From NCBI GenBank assembly GCA_964270895.1, contig OZ185435.1: a DNA stretch of 64,000 bases. The stretch is one strand, 5' to 3'. How positions within the stretch are numbered: the first letter of the stretch is position 1; each line of letters begins with the position of its first letter. Shown here piece after piece: positions 34,500 through 45,875 of this stretch. The notes under the pieces were generated by a model, which worked only from the letters and a program-made list of their open reading frames with translations, was not told the origin of the DNA and made no database searches. This DNA comes from Podarcis filfolensis. Its lineage: Eukaryota. A program made the position numbers and the translations under genes.

Positions 34500-37400
34500 A
34501 CTGGATGAAAGGCAGCAGCAAAGGGACAAAAATTGCCCTTAAGGCAGCACGGGGACACCAGAGTATAATATGGAGAGCAGAAGATTAGATAATAGATTCA
34601 AAAAGGGAGAACTGCCACAAAACATTTCAGTGAAGAGTGGTCCAGTTCGGGGTTCTAACCAGACAGTAGCAGTTGCGCAGGTGTGGCTGTGTTGCCCGAC
34701 TCATTTTGCAATTCTGCAAGTCCCTGTCAGTTACTGGGAGGGCATGGGGCAAGGCAGGGCAAGGCAGGGAGCTCAGCTCAGCATGGTGCAGGTGCAGTGT
34801 GGGGAGCACTGGATTGATTCTGCTGCTGCACTGCACCATGCCAAGCTCCCTGCTGCATTGCCCCATCCCCTTCCTTCTCAGCAACTGGCAGTGATGTGCC
34901 TTACTGAGAAGTCAGTAAAGCGATGCAGCCTGCACAGCCCCGCCAGCTACTACTGCAATTTACTGGCAAAGCCCTTTCCAAGGATGTTCCTTTCTGCCCA
35001 CTCCTGCAACAGTCAGTCAGCATTCTGTGGCTATTTTGAACATGTTCAGTACCTATTGGGTGTTTTGGGGTCTGCCCATCCCCTGCATTAGGGTTTTCCA
35101 TTTTTATACTTCCTTAAGGTTTCTCTGAGCCTACTGATACGTCCCTCTGCTGCCATTTAGGTTGCTTAGGAATCTACCCTTCTCTGAGTTTGCTATTATT
35201 GTATAGGATATTATTAGTATTATATTGCTATTATTATATAGGCTGTATTATTTAGGAGTATAGCTTGCCTTATCTTGGGTAATCACAACACATATAAAAA
35301 TGTGCATTTTTGTCCTGGTTGCTATGTTCTCTTGTTAAATACAACACTAAAAGTTGCTTATTTTGGTTCTTCACTGCGTGCAATATCCTTTGAGAGTTTC
35401 CCCTATTCCCCAGGGATGGAGAGGTACAAATATGTGTTGGGAGTTGTGCCCTTACAGATCATTATTTCCAACTACCTCCACCAGAGCAAAACACACAGTA
35501 CAGTTTCAAAGATGTGCTTTGTTACGTATGTAAGAGTGGAAAACAAGTCACATTTTCTTATGGTGGAAGTGGTGAACACTGCCCCACAGGCCCAAGTATT
35601 TTTTTTCAAGTGGGGGGAACAGGACCCAGGGACCACCTACCACTTCTGTCTGTGGTGGAGTGGTAGTAAAGGTATCCGCTGTAGTGGTGAGAATAATGAT
35701 CCAAACAGAGCTGCATCCAAGCATTTTACTGGGAAACTTGGGGGACAGAATTAGATCTATATGCATATGTATTATATTAGGTTGGCTTGGATGGTGAAAT
35801 ACTGCCGCTAAGAACTAGGAATCAAGACATTGACTATCCTGGAGTGTGCCTGAAATGCAGGAAGACTGGATTGGGTTTGGGGAAATAAAATTCAGCCCAC
35901 AACCAAAGTGAGTGGAAAGATGGGCGAGAGACAGGGGAGCAGTGGTCTGAAGTCATGGGTGAAGAGAAGAAACCCTTTACATTCTTATCCTGTGTGCACC
36001 TCAGGAAGGCATTAGGGAGTGGAGTCAGGTCTCTGCCGCTGCTGGTTCCAGAGGCAGCCCCACAGCCTGTGGAAGTGATTTAAAAGCCTGTCAGTTACGG
36101 TGTGGATTTGCCTCCACTAGTATGAAAGGAGTTGGTTTAAGCCACCCACTGATACCTTTTTCCTTCTCTTAACCCATCCTGGCTGATTTTTAGCACTTGG
36201 TTCCTACTTCTTTTAGTGGATGATGCTTTGGAAACAAACCCAGCTGCTGGAATGCATTGTAGTTTGTGTATCAGATGAGCTAAGTTTGTGTATCCAGACT
36301 CTGGCAAAAGAAACCCCTCTGCTGATATTAGGTCAAACCTGGGTCAGCACAGCTCTTCTCTGAACCCCCCATCCTGGCCCAAAGTGGAAGCCAAGGCAGT
36401 CTGTGGCTGCCTGGCTTAAAGGAATCACATGTAATGCGTAGTCTCTTGTGATTTGGCTTCTTGCCCTTCTGTTTTTTAACCTTCTGGATGCCCAATACAT
36501 TTCAAGGGGAGGAAGCACCATCTTGTTCTATGCCTCAGGCAACAAAATGTCTTGGGCTGGCCCTGTCAAGGATAGTTCCTGTGTACTTAGTAATGTTATG
36601 CTAGCGAGAAGCCTGGAAGCATCAGCTTTTCACAATCATGAGTGAAGCTGAACGATCATGTCTGTTTTATGCAGTTATGAATACGTAGGAGCATTCTGGA
36701 GGCCCTATTGCAGGGGCAGCTAACCTGTGGCCCTCCAGGTTGGACTCCAGCTCCCATCAGCCCTAGCCAGCACAGCCAATGGATAATGGAAGTTGTAGTC
36801 CAGCAATGTTTGGAGAGCTACAGGGTCTCCAACCCTAGCACAGAGCATCTCTCAAGAAAAAGGTGTCAACCTTAGACACAGGGCAGGCCCCAATGGATGG
36901 TGTTGTGCAATGCTCATGATCTGCGTTTACAATTTTTTAAAATCTTCACCTGCTGAAAAGAAAGTTGAAGAGGCAATCTCCAGTAAGGAATGTTGCTTTA
37001 AAAACCATTCTTGCATTGATTGGAAAGCATGGCTTGCTATTTCCAGCTGCGTTTCTTGCTTGCTTACAGAAATGTTAACTCTCAGTATGAGTGGATGTGG
37101 GACAGGAGCCAAGATAAATAAGCAAATACATTGACGCATCTGCCGCCCTGATTTGACGTGCCTCTTGTAAGTGTGTTCCTAGGGCGGAGTTTGAGTTTCA
37201 CACCTTGTTCTGATTACAGAATAGGCAACAGGCAATATGCAGGCAGGTAGAAAGGAAGGAAAAAGTCCGTGTATCTTACTTGTTCCTTGTGTATTATTAG
37301 CTAGGACCTGGCTAAGTAACGTAAAAAGAATGAAAAAATCCTTATTTAAAAAGCCCCCTTCTCAAATTTGGAAATATTCCCACTTCCAAGTTATATCAAT

Positions 37401-37794
37401 TCAAAGAAATACATACATTCTGTTGGGGTGTGTCATTTTGGGGTGGATCAGGAAAGGGGACAAACGAGTCTTCCACAAAAGTTAATCTGCTTATTCCTTC
37501 CTTATTGGAACCTTAGGATGGCCCCCTCCACTCTGCACATGCTCTGAGGAGGAGAGTTTTATTACTACTTCACACTTTAGAAAGCTAGATGTAGCTACAA
37601 AAGGATTGTTTGTGGTACTTGTTTATTTTCCTTTTCTTAAGGAGGTGGTATTAAAAATGCCTTCTGATTTCTGGTTCAAATTAGGCCCTTATTATGAACT
37701 TTAACCTGCATAGGTGAGGTTGGAAGATCATAAACTTTTTTTAGCAAATAATGATTCCATTTGTTTTTCCAGCTTGCCTTCCTGAGCCAGAACA

Positions 37795-37903
37795 ATGTCT
37801 AACACCAGCACTACACCCAGCAGCCCCAGTAACCTCACGGCAACCACTGCTGTGACCACTGCTCAGCCAAGCATCATTGAAGACTTTCTTAACAAAATTC
37901 CAT
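37795..37903 (+). CDS. SYT8: Synaptotagmin-8, coding exon 1 (MSNTSTTPSSPSNLT...FLNKIP). Full CDS = join(37795..37903,40323..40483,40875..40970,43949..44116,45016..45183,50672..50789,51716..51849,52950..53183), 1188 nt, 395 aa
   Basis: Acceptor TTTTCCAG| at 37772, ATG at 37795, donor |GTGAGT. Ser/Thr-rich luminal segment, phase 1 fits the next exon. Confidence 0.8.
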
Positions 37904-38585
37904 GTGAGTGCATGAAAGGGTGGGTGGGGTGGACTCAAATGCGCTGTTTAAAGGATTACTGGAAGACCTTGTCATGAGCCTCATTTTGATTTTATAAGTT
38001 AAAGCCGTTGTTTCCTCCTGTTTTAGCTTCCAAAATATGCGTATGTGTTTTAACTGAAATTCACTTGACTTTTTCTAGAACATGTTGTACAGTTCATTAA
38101 GGAAATTCAGTGCAGCCCATGAGGACAGTAATTTCGTTGGCTAATTCAAACCAACTCAACATATGCAAACCCACCCCATTCCTACACTGACCTGCTATAT
38201 TTGCTCTTGAGGCACTTAACAATGGAGTACCATTTTGTGTAGGTCTGCACTGTTTGGAGAATACAAGAAGAGCAAAATCTTCTCCACAAGCTTAATTGAA
38301 ATGAACAGGAGTTACTCAATGTGTTCTTGAGCAACTTCTGCTCACTTCAATGGCTGTTGCACAGCTGATCATCGTGGAACATTTTGCCTCAGGAGTTATT
38401 GACAGCTTGAACCCTTCAGATGGTCAGATTCCTGCCTCATCTTCACTCTTTTCACTTCTCTTCCCTCATGCCTTCTCCCCATTTCCCTGAAAATATGTGA
38501 GGCACCAAATAAGAATAACAAAGAGAACTGTGATGCTATCATCTAAAAAGAAAAAAGAAAAGGAAGATGTTTGGCAAGAAGAGAC

Positions 38586-38848
38586 ACACTTACCTTTTGC
38601 CCTGCTCTTTCCAGGCACAGGTGCACACTTTAAAGCTCTTTTTTTGTCCCTGCAAAAACCCACTCTCTAAAGCTGAAGTGCAACAAATGGCAATTTGGAT
38701 TTTCTGTGGATTGCCATTTGCTCCAGTTCAGCTTTAGAGAGTGGGTTTTCACAGGAAAAGTTACAGAGCGGGGGGAAATCCCCAATGCTTGGACACAGAG
38801 CTTTAAAGTGTGGACCTTGCCTGGAAAGAGCAGAGGAAAGATAAGTGT
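38586..38848. repeat. Imperfect foldback (long inverted repeat), about 260 bp
   Basis: Outer arms ACACTTA.CTTT..C.CTGCTCTTTCCAGGCA..G.CACACTTTAAAGCTCT and inner arms AAAACCCACTCTCTAAAGCTGAA...CAAATGGCAAT each match their reverse complement. Confidence 0.85.
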
Positions 38849-39719
38849 AAATAAGCCCACAGTCAAGTTGAGCATACAAATCACTGATAGTCATTTATAA
38901 GCTATGGCCACCACTGTGTTCCCATTGGTTGGTTTCTTTCCATTTCCTTTTCAGTCTATTATAAATTGACTTTGACAACATAAAGTGAGAGAAGAAATTA
39001 TTTGGCTGTTTTCGTGAGGGAGACTGCATTACACATTTTGCACAAATGAATTTCCTCTACTTCTCCCAGAACAGTTTCCTCTTAAGGGGAACTAGCATGG
39101 GGAGTAACTATGCCATCTGGTGGTAATCATTACAAGAATTAAAAACAAAAGGGATTAGCTCAGGAACTGTCCCCCCCCCCTTGAAGAAGAGCAGAAATTA
39201 AAAGGATATACAAAAGCACCATAAAAATTAGTTTCTATTTTCCTGGTGGCTGTATGGATTGGCTGTAAAGGCTTGGATTTCAACATTCCTGTCTGATCAA
39301 TTTATAATTTGCCATTTTATATCGATTATTCTGATAAATTGTGTTAATTGAGTTGTTTGCAGCTTGCTGCTTTCTGCAGGACCTAAAAGCAGAAGGATAT
39401 AAGCCAGTAAGTGAAATGAAACAAATGAAATAATTTGCCTGCTGTTAGGAGGTGATACTAGAATTCCCAAAGATATTGACTGCATTTGGATGAGCATATC
39501 TTGGCTTAATAAACCAAGGTATGAAAAAGCCTGTTGTTTGTGCACAATTAAACCAGGAAGTCTCTTAATCATACTTTCCCATTTTGTCCTGATTTGGAAA
39601 CCATGGTTATCAGTTTTGGAACAAGCTAACATATTAAGTCAACTTCAAACCATGATTCAACATCCTGGTTTGTTCTGAATGAGGAAGCTATGGTTTCCAG
39701 CTCCAGATGAAACAGTAAA

Positions 39720-39913
39720 GGCAAAGGTAAAGGTACCCCTGACCATTAGGTCCAGTTGCGGATGACTCTGGGGTTGCGGCGCTCATCTTGCTTTACTGGC
39801 CGAGAGAGCCGGCGTTTGTCCACAGACAGCTTCCAGGTCGGGAATTTGAACTACTGACCTTCCGATCGGCAAGCCCTAGGCTCTGTGGCTTAGACCACAG
39901 CGCCACCTGCACC
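39720..39913 (+). mobile_element. Internally deleted Sauria-type SINE
   Basis: Same 5' and 3' ends as 22167-22517 with the middle missing. 17-bp TSD CCAGATGAAACAGTAAA. Confidence 0.88.
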
Positions 39914-40005
39914 CCAGATGAAACAGTAAACTATGGTTAATTTAAGACTTCCTGGCTTGTTTGCTCATGATGTGAAGGAAGGGGCAAAGAGGCTGCTTGC
40001 TAATC

Positions 40006-40168
40006 CAGTGGCGTAGCGTGGGGGGTGCAGGGGGGCCCGGCCGCACCGGGTGCAACATCTGGGGCGCGCTCGCACTCGCAGCTCTCTGCCCCCTGCTAAA
40101 ATCCACGGGTTAGGGGGCGCAAATTACTTGCCTTGCCCCGGGTGCTGACAACCCACGCTACACCACTG
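40006..40168. mobile_element. hAT MITE, same family as 34332-34499
   Basis: Same TIR, 8-bp TSD TGCTAATC. Confidence 0.92.
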
Positions 40169-40255
40169 TGCTAATCTAAGATGTGAATGCAAACATTGCT
40201 TTTGGGCAAGGATGCTTTATTAATGTGCACTACACAGAAAGTAAGAATGAGCACC

Positions 40256-40267
40256 TTTCTTTCTTTC

Positions 40268-40306
<39 letters not shown>
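40256..40306. repeat. (TTTC)n microsatellite in the polypyrimidine tract of SYT8 exon 2
   Basis: Read directly; ends about 16 nt before the acceptor at 40322. Confidence 0.95.
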
Positions 40307-40322
40307 CCTAATGCTGGAACAG

Positions 40323-40483
40323 TACCCAGATGGGCTCTCATAGCTATTGCTGTCGCAGTGGGCCTGGTCCTCATCCTCTTACTCATCTGCATCATCAAGT
40401 GCTGTTGTTGTAGGAAGAAACGCAAGAAGAAAGAGAAAGTCGCCTTTCCCAGCACCAATGGCTCACCCACCCAAGCCACTCTG
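40323..40483 (+). CDS. SYT8: SYT8 exon 2: transmembrane helix, Cys cluster and polybasic stretch (PRWALIAIAVAVG...KCCCCRKKRKKKEK)
   Basis: AACAG| and |GTAGGT. PRWALIA and CCCCR match SYT8 as recalled. Confidence 0.92.
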
Positions 40484-40874
40484 GTAGGTCTTATTGCTGC
40501 CCCATTGTGCTCTGGTGGGGTATGCTATGCACAAAGCAGAGGCAAATTGGTGTGGGGCAAATTAAGAAAACTTGAGAGATCTTCTCAGAGCTTGATATTT
40601 GGGAAAGCCAACTTGAAAGAGCACTCTACTTTGGTTTATTTGCGTTTGCTATTGCTATTGGCACTCTAGTTTTCATTACTTGGTTCCAAAATGGCTGTTC
40701 CTTAATGCTCACTCACAGCAACTATATTTTTGATTGCTGTTAATGTACCAGCTATGGATTTTAAACTGATATTTTGCCTCCAAGTGAATATAGAGAAGTA
40801 CAATACGCTTAGCAAACTGCCTCTTCTGTCTTAAAATTGTCCATAAAGAGAGGGTGCTGCTGTCTTGACAATAG

Positions 40875-40970
40875 ATCCAACCTGATATCGATGACCTGGA
40901 GGGTGGACTGCAGAATGAGAAGCGAGGACAGCTGCAATATTCCCTGGAGTATGACTTCCGTAGCCAGGAG
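40875..40970 (+). CDS. SYT8: SYT8 exon 3 (IQPDIDDLE...GQLQYSLEYDFRSQE)
   Basis: 96 nt, AATAG| and |GTATGA. Start of C2A. Confidence 0.92.
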
Positions 40971-41292
40971 GTATGATTTTCAAATCCCAGGGTGAAATAT
41001 TTGTGACCCTCTTTTATTATAAAGCTATATTATCACAACCTCTTCCTTTCCCCCCTCCTTCCAGCATTCAAAATCTTTCATTTTCACATAACCAGATTTA
41101 TATCCACCCGCCACCCCACTCCACAACAGAGCAATCCCAAAATGGTGGTGGGGAGATTTCATGCCAGAGAAAACACCCTAATGGCACTGCTACTCAGCTG
41201 CCTTTCCTGGGAGCTTACAATTGTTCCCTTAATGATCATTCCCAGCCATTGTCAGTATAGCTGGCTTTTCCTTCATTCTCACCCAGCCCATA

Positions 41293-43731
41293 TGTCCGAA
41301 GCCGGAGGCAGGAGGTCAGCAATAAAACAATAAGCACTCGATGTCAGTGAAGTTAACTCTTTATTCAAAGAAACAAAACAACTCAATACTAGTGGTCACA
41401 GCAACCCTTCCCAGTAGGTCTTTCCCCAATGAAGCACTTGTAAGGATTGAAGGTGCCCACTGTCTCTAAGTCTCTTCCTCCCCTGGTTCCTTCCGCAGCA
41501 GCCTAAGGCTCCATCATCCTGTCTCTCTTTGTTTTTTTTGTTTTTTTCTGATTTTGGCTGAGTTTATTTTTTTTTTTTTATATAATATTTATTGGAATTT
41601 TACAAAAACACCAGTTTACAAAATACAAAAAAGAACATATGAAAAGAACAAAAGAAAAAAAAAGAAAAAAGGACATAAAAAAGAAGAAATACAAATAAAA
41701 ATACAATATACAAAAAACGAATAGGTAAAAGAGAATTAAAAACAAATCCATTTTTTATAACTTTATGCTCATTAACTTGTTTCCTTGACCTCCTCACACC
41801 TCCCCTTTTTGTATTCCCATTTAGGTAATCAAATCAGCAAATCCTTACCCTCTTTTCATTTATCTTAACTCTATAACTTAACATATTATAACTCTATATT
41901 TTCATCCATTATCAATTCATTTTTGCATATTCTTATTAACTTTGTTGCTAATACCCCCTATTCAATCCAATCATCATTTTAACATTCATTAATTTTACAA
42001 TATTTCTGTAGATAGTCTTTAAATTTCTTCCAATCTTCTTCCACCAACTCTTCTCCCTGGTCTCGGATTCTGCCAGTCATTTCCGCCAGTTCCATATAGT
42101 CCATCACCTTCATGTGCCACTCTTCCAGGGTGGGTAAATCTTGTGTTTTCCAATACTTTGCAATCAGTATTCTTGCTGCTGTTGTTGCGTACATAAAGAA
42201 AGTTCTGTCCTTCTTTGGCACCAATTGGCCAACTATACCCAGGAGAAAGGCCTCTGGTTTCTTCAGGAAGGTATATTTAAATACCTTTTTCATTTCATTA
42301 TAGATAATCTCCCAGAAAGCCTTAATCTTTGGGCACGTCCACGAAAGGTGAAAAAATGTACCTTCATTTTCTTTACATTGCCAACATTTGTTATCGGGCA
42401 AATGATATATTTTTGCAAGCTTGACTGGTGTCATGTACCACCTATATATCATTTTCATAATATTCTCTCTTAAGGCATTACATGCCGTAAATTTCATACC
42501 GGTGGTCCACAACTGTTCCCAGTCAGCAAACATAATGTTATGACCCATATCTTGTGCCCATTTAATCATTGCAGATTTAACCGTTTCATCCTGCGTATTC
42601 CATTTTAACAGCAAGTTATACATTCTTGAAAGTATCTTAGTTTTGGGATCTAACAGTTCTGTTTCCAATTTTGATTTTTCCACCTGGAAGCCAATTTTTT
42701 TGTCCAAATTATAGGCCTCTCTTATTTGATAATAATGAAGCCAGTCTCGCACTTTATCTTTTAATTTCTCAAAATTCTGCAATTTCAATTTCTCTCCTTC
42801 TTGTTCCAATATTTCCCAATATTTCGGCCATTTGGCCTCCATATTGAGCTTTTTCTGAGCCTTTGCTTCCATTGGTGACAACCACCTTGGGGTTTTATTT
42901 TCCAATAAGTCTTTGTATCTTATCCAGACATTGAACAATACTTTCCTGACAATATGGTTTTTAAATGCTTTATGTGCTTTAACCTTGTCGTACCACAAAT
43001 ATGCATGCCACCCAAAAACATTATTAAAACCTTCCAAATCCAAAATGTCTGTGTTCTCAAGAAGCAGCCAGTCTTTCAACCAGCAGAATGCTGCTGATTC
43101 ATAGTAAAGTTTAAGGTCTGGCAGGGCAAATCCGCCTCTTTCCTTTGCATCAGTTAATATTTTAAATTTTATTCTAGGCTTCTTGCCCTGCCAGACAAAT
43201 CTAGAAATGTCTCTCTGCCACTTCTTGAAACAGTCCATCTTGTCCAAAATTTGCAATGATTGAAACAGAAATAACATTTTTGGCAATACATTCATCTTTA
43301 TAGCTGCAATTCGACCCAGCAAGGAAAGCTTCAAATTTGACCATATTTCTTGTCTCTCTTTGTTCCACCCTCTTCATACCTCTTCAGGTTCTGGGAATCC
43401 AGAAGGGAGGGGAGCTGGTCACAGCAGGAGAGCGAGACTCCATGTCTTCTTTAGCAGTCTGCCTCATCCCTGCCTCTTGGCCGCTTCTACTTCTGCCTCT
43501 GATTCTGGGCTGCCATCTGCCACAGCCTCTTCCTGCTCACTAAACCCTGTTGTCTTTTCAGCTTCTGACACCTCTTCACCCTCCCAGTCTGCTCCCTCTT
43601 CTCTCTCTGACCATGCATCGCCATCCCACCACCAATCTCCAGACTCTGAGCCTTCTTCCCCATGGAGTTCCCTTGGGGGTTCACCAGCTGGTGCCTCCCC
43701 CCACTGCTCTGCATTGAGCCAGTCCATGACA
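41293..43731 (-). mobile_element. Solo LTR (about 610 bp, Gypsy-like) split by an L1 insertion, in the SYT8 intron between coding exons 3 and 4
   Basis: TGTC...GACA termini, 5-bp TSD CCATA (41288-41292 and 43732-43736), minus-strand AATAAA near its 3' end. Confidence 0.85.
41534..43350 (-). mobile_element. 5'-truncated L1-clade LINE: ORF2 C-terminus (41979-43334, 451 codons open), 3' UTR and A-tail
   Basis: LSLLGRIAAIKMNVLPK, GGFALPDLKLYY, CCHC finger CWQCKENEGTFFHLSWTC. 14-bp TSD TGTCTCTCTTTGTT (41520-41533 and 43351-43364). Confidence 0.95.
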
Positions 43732-43948
43732 CCATAGCTTACATCAGTTATGCCATCCTAATAGAAATTTTTTCATCTGATTCCTTCTTATCCTCTGCTA
43801 CTCCGAACAGTTATTTCCAACTTTCCTGCTGTTCCATACCATATGTAGCTTTGGTTTCCCCACTCCAGCTGTAGCCTATTTCTGCAGTGTCTAAGGGTAT
43901 GTAAGCCATTCTATGATGTTAAATGCTTTGGTGTTGATTCTTTTTAAG

Positions 43949-44116
43949 ATGAAGGTTGGAGTGAAGCAGGCGGCAGATCTTAAGGCTATGGACAGCGGAG
44001 GCACTTCTGATCCCTATGTGATTGCCTACTTGACATCTGATATGAGGAAGAAGTATGAGACAAAGGTTTACCGTAAGACACTGAACCCTGTTTTCAATGA
44101 GAGCTTCATTTTTAAG
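43949..44116 (+). CDS. SYT8: SYT8 exon 4 (C2A: [15 protein letters not shown]...[14 protein letters not shown])
   Basis: 168 nt, TTTTTAAG| and |GTAGGA. Canonical C2A motifs. Confidence 0.95.
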
Positions 44117-45015
44117 GTAGGAGGTAGTCACCTCTATCAGTTCATTGCTCCACTTATATCCATTTTAGCATTGCAGTGTGTAGATTTGTTTATATTATGC
44201 AGAAAATCAATTAAAAGACCTTGGGTAAAAAGAAAAGAAAAAATCAACATTCCTTGTTATATTCATATTGTCTTTTGTATTTCTGATATATATTTTTATG
44301 ATCTGTGATATTGTGTGTGTTGACGCTGGTCTGTGACCGTATTAATAAATTCATTCATTCATTCATTCAACATTCCCAATCTGGTGTAGTTTAATTGACT
44401 TGAGTGAGATTACACCCCCTTAAATGGCCAGCAAATTGTCTCGTTGAGACTAATATCCCGAGCTCACGTGATAGCAAGCATAGTGTCTTCCACCTGGCAC
44501 TAGGCAGGGCAGGGTGGCATTGCTTACTTGGCTTCCCAACACTGGGGTCATGGCCAGTTCCTGAGAGGGTCAGGGGTGAAGTGGGAGGCAGGCTGGTGCC
44601 ACGTTAGCACAGTGGCAAGAGCTGAGTACCAGTTGGTGTGGACAAATGGCATTGATAGTTATTTCCATCATACTCTGCTTATAAGCTTCCTTGGATTATC
44701 TTTCTGTCCATTGTTGGAGACAGTGCTATACACTGTGGACTTTCAGCCCAGTCTCTTATGCTGAAGTATGACATTCCTGTATCAAACACAATAATTCTTG
44801 CATTAAACCCATAAACTAGCTGTGGGGAACCTTTGGTCCTCAAAATGTTGCTGAACTACAACTCCCCTCAACCTCAGCAAGCATGGCCAGAGGCTAGGGA
44901 TTCAGCAGCATCTGTATGGCCACACCCACCGTACAACTTTAGGCAGGCCTGCAATTTGGGCCTACTGGAAAAAGCTGGAAATCAGTTTGCTTTCTCCCTC
45001 TTTCCTCCTTGCCAG

Positions 45016-45183
45016 ATACCCCAGGCAGATATAGCGGAATCCACACTGGTGATGCAGGTGTACGATTTCAACCGCTTCTCCAAGCACGACATCATTGGTG
45101 AGATGCGGATCCCTCTTGGTGATGTTGATTTGCAGCACGTCATTGAGCAATGGCAGGAGCTCACTGAAGCCAGCAAGATGGAG
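45016..45183 (+). CDS. SYT8: SYT8 exon 5 (C2A: YDFNRFSKHDIIGE...VDLQHVIEQW)
   Basis: 168 nt, TTGCCAG| and |GTTGGT. Confidence 0.95.
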
Positions 45184-45374
45184 GTTGGTATTATCAAGCG
45201 GTGTGGCAAATCCTCTGGGCATTGCAAGTGTCTCCCAGAGTGGGTTACAAATAATAATAAAACAAAATGTGAATACAAAAAAGTAAAATAAGCTAAGCAT
45301 CACTGTGGTAAAAGCAGCACAAAATGGTGAGCAGTGTTCAAGTTGCATCTAAAAAAGTTCTGCAAAATAATTTT

Positions 45375-45875
45375 AAGGAGTCTTTGCCAGGCACTGAAAT
45401 GACAATAAAGCAAACAGCAGGTGAGTCTTGTTGGGATGAGTGTTCCACAGCTAGGCTGCCACCACTGAGAAGGCCCTTTCAGGTCCTCAGATGATAGGCC
45501 GCCACAGGAGGCCCTCTACTGAAGATCTGTATGTATGATTAGGTTCATGATGAGATAGCACCCTTATCCTATGGCATGAAGTGCTTTAAAGGTCAAAAGC
45601 AGCATTTTGAATTGGGAAACAGGCTGGGAGCCTATGTAGTTGGCTTAGCATAGCATAGGTGCAATCCCACTTATTCTGCACTAATTGCTGTCTTCAAAGG
45701 CGGTTGCACATACACTAGTCTAACTTGGTGATTACCTGGGCATGGATAACTGAGCAAATATGCTCAGACTGTGATTCTGAACATGGTATGGACAACACAA
45801 CAGTGCTTTTTGATGTTGAGACTTAGTCCTATGCTGTGCAGCAACACCTGCCTTTGCCAAGGATGCCAACTTAGC
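45375..45875 (-). mobile_element. Decayed L2 fragment
   Basis: TTCCACAG...GCCACCACTGAGAAGGCCCT segment shared with the other L2 copies. Boundaries approximate. Confidence 0.55.

Noticed and set aside
34570-35091. 173-aa plus-strand ORF
   Set aside because: No domain similarity and no convincing splice context; probably chance in GC-richer repeat-derived sequence.
35275-35754. 159-aa ORF with a TTG start
   Set aside because: Non-ATG start, no motifs and intergenic-like composition.
40187-40669. 160-aa ORF, and similar track ORFs at 43913-44308, 44833-45291 and 52854-53183, as single-exon genes
   Set aside because: Each contains one real SYT8 exon plus intronic read-through.
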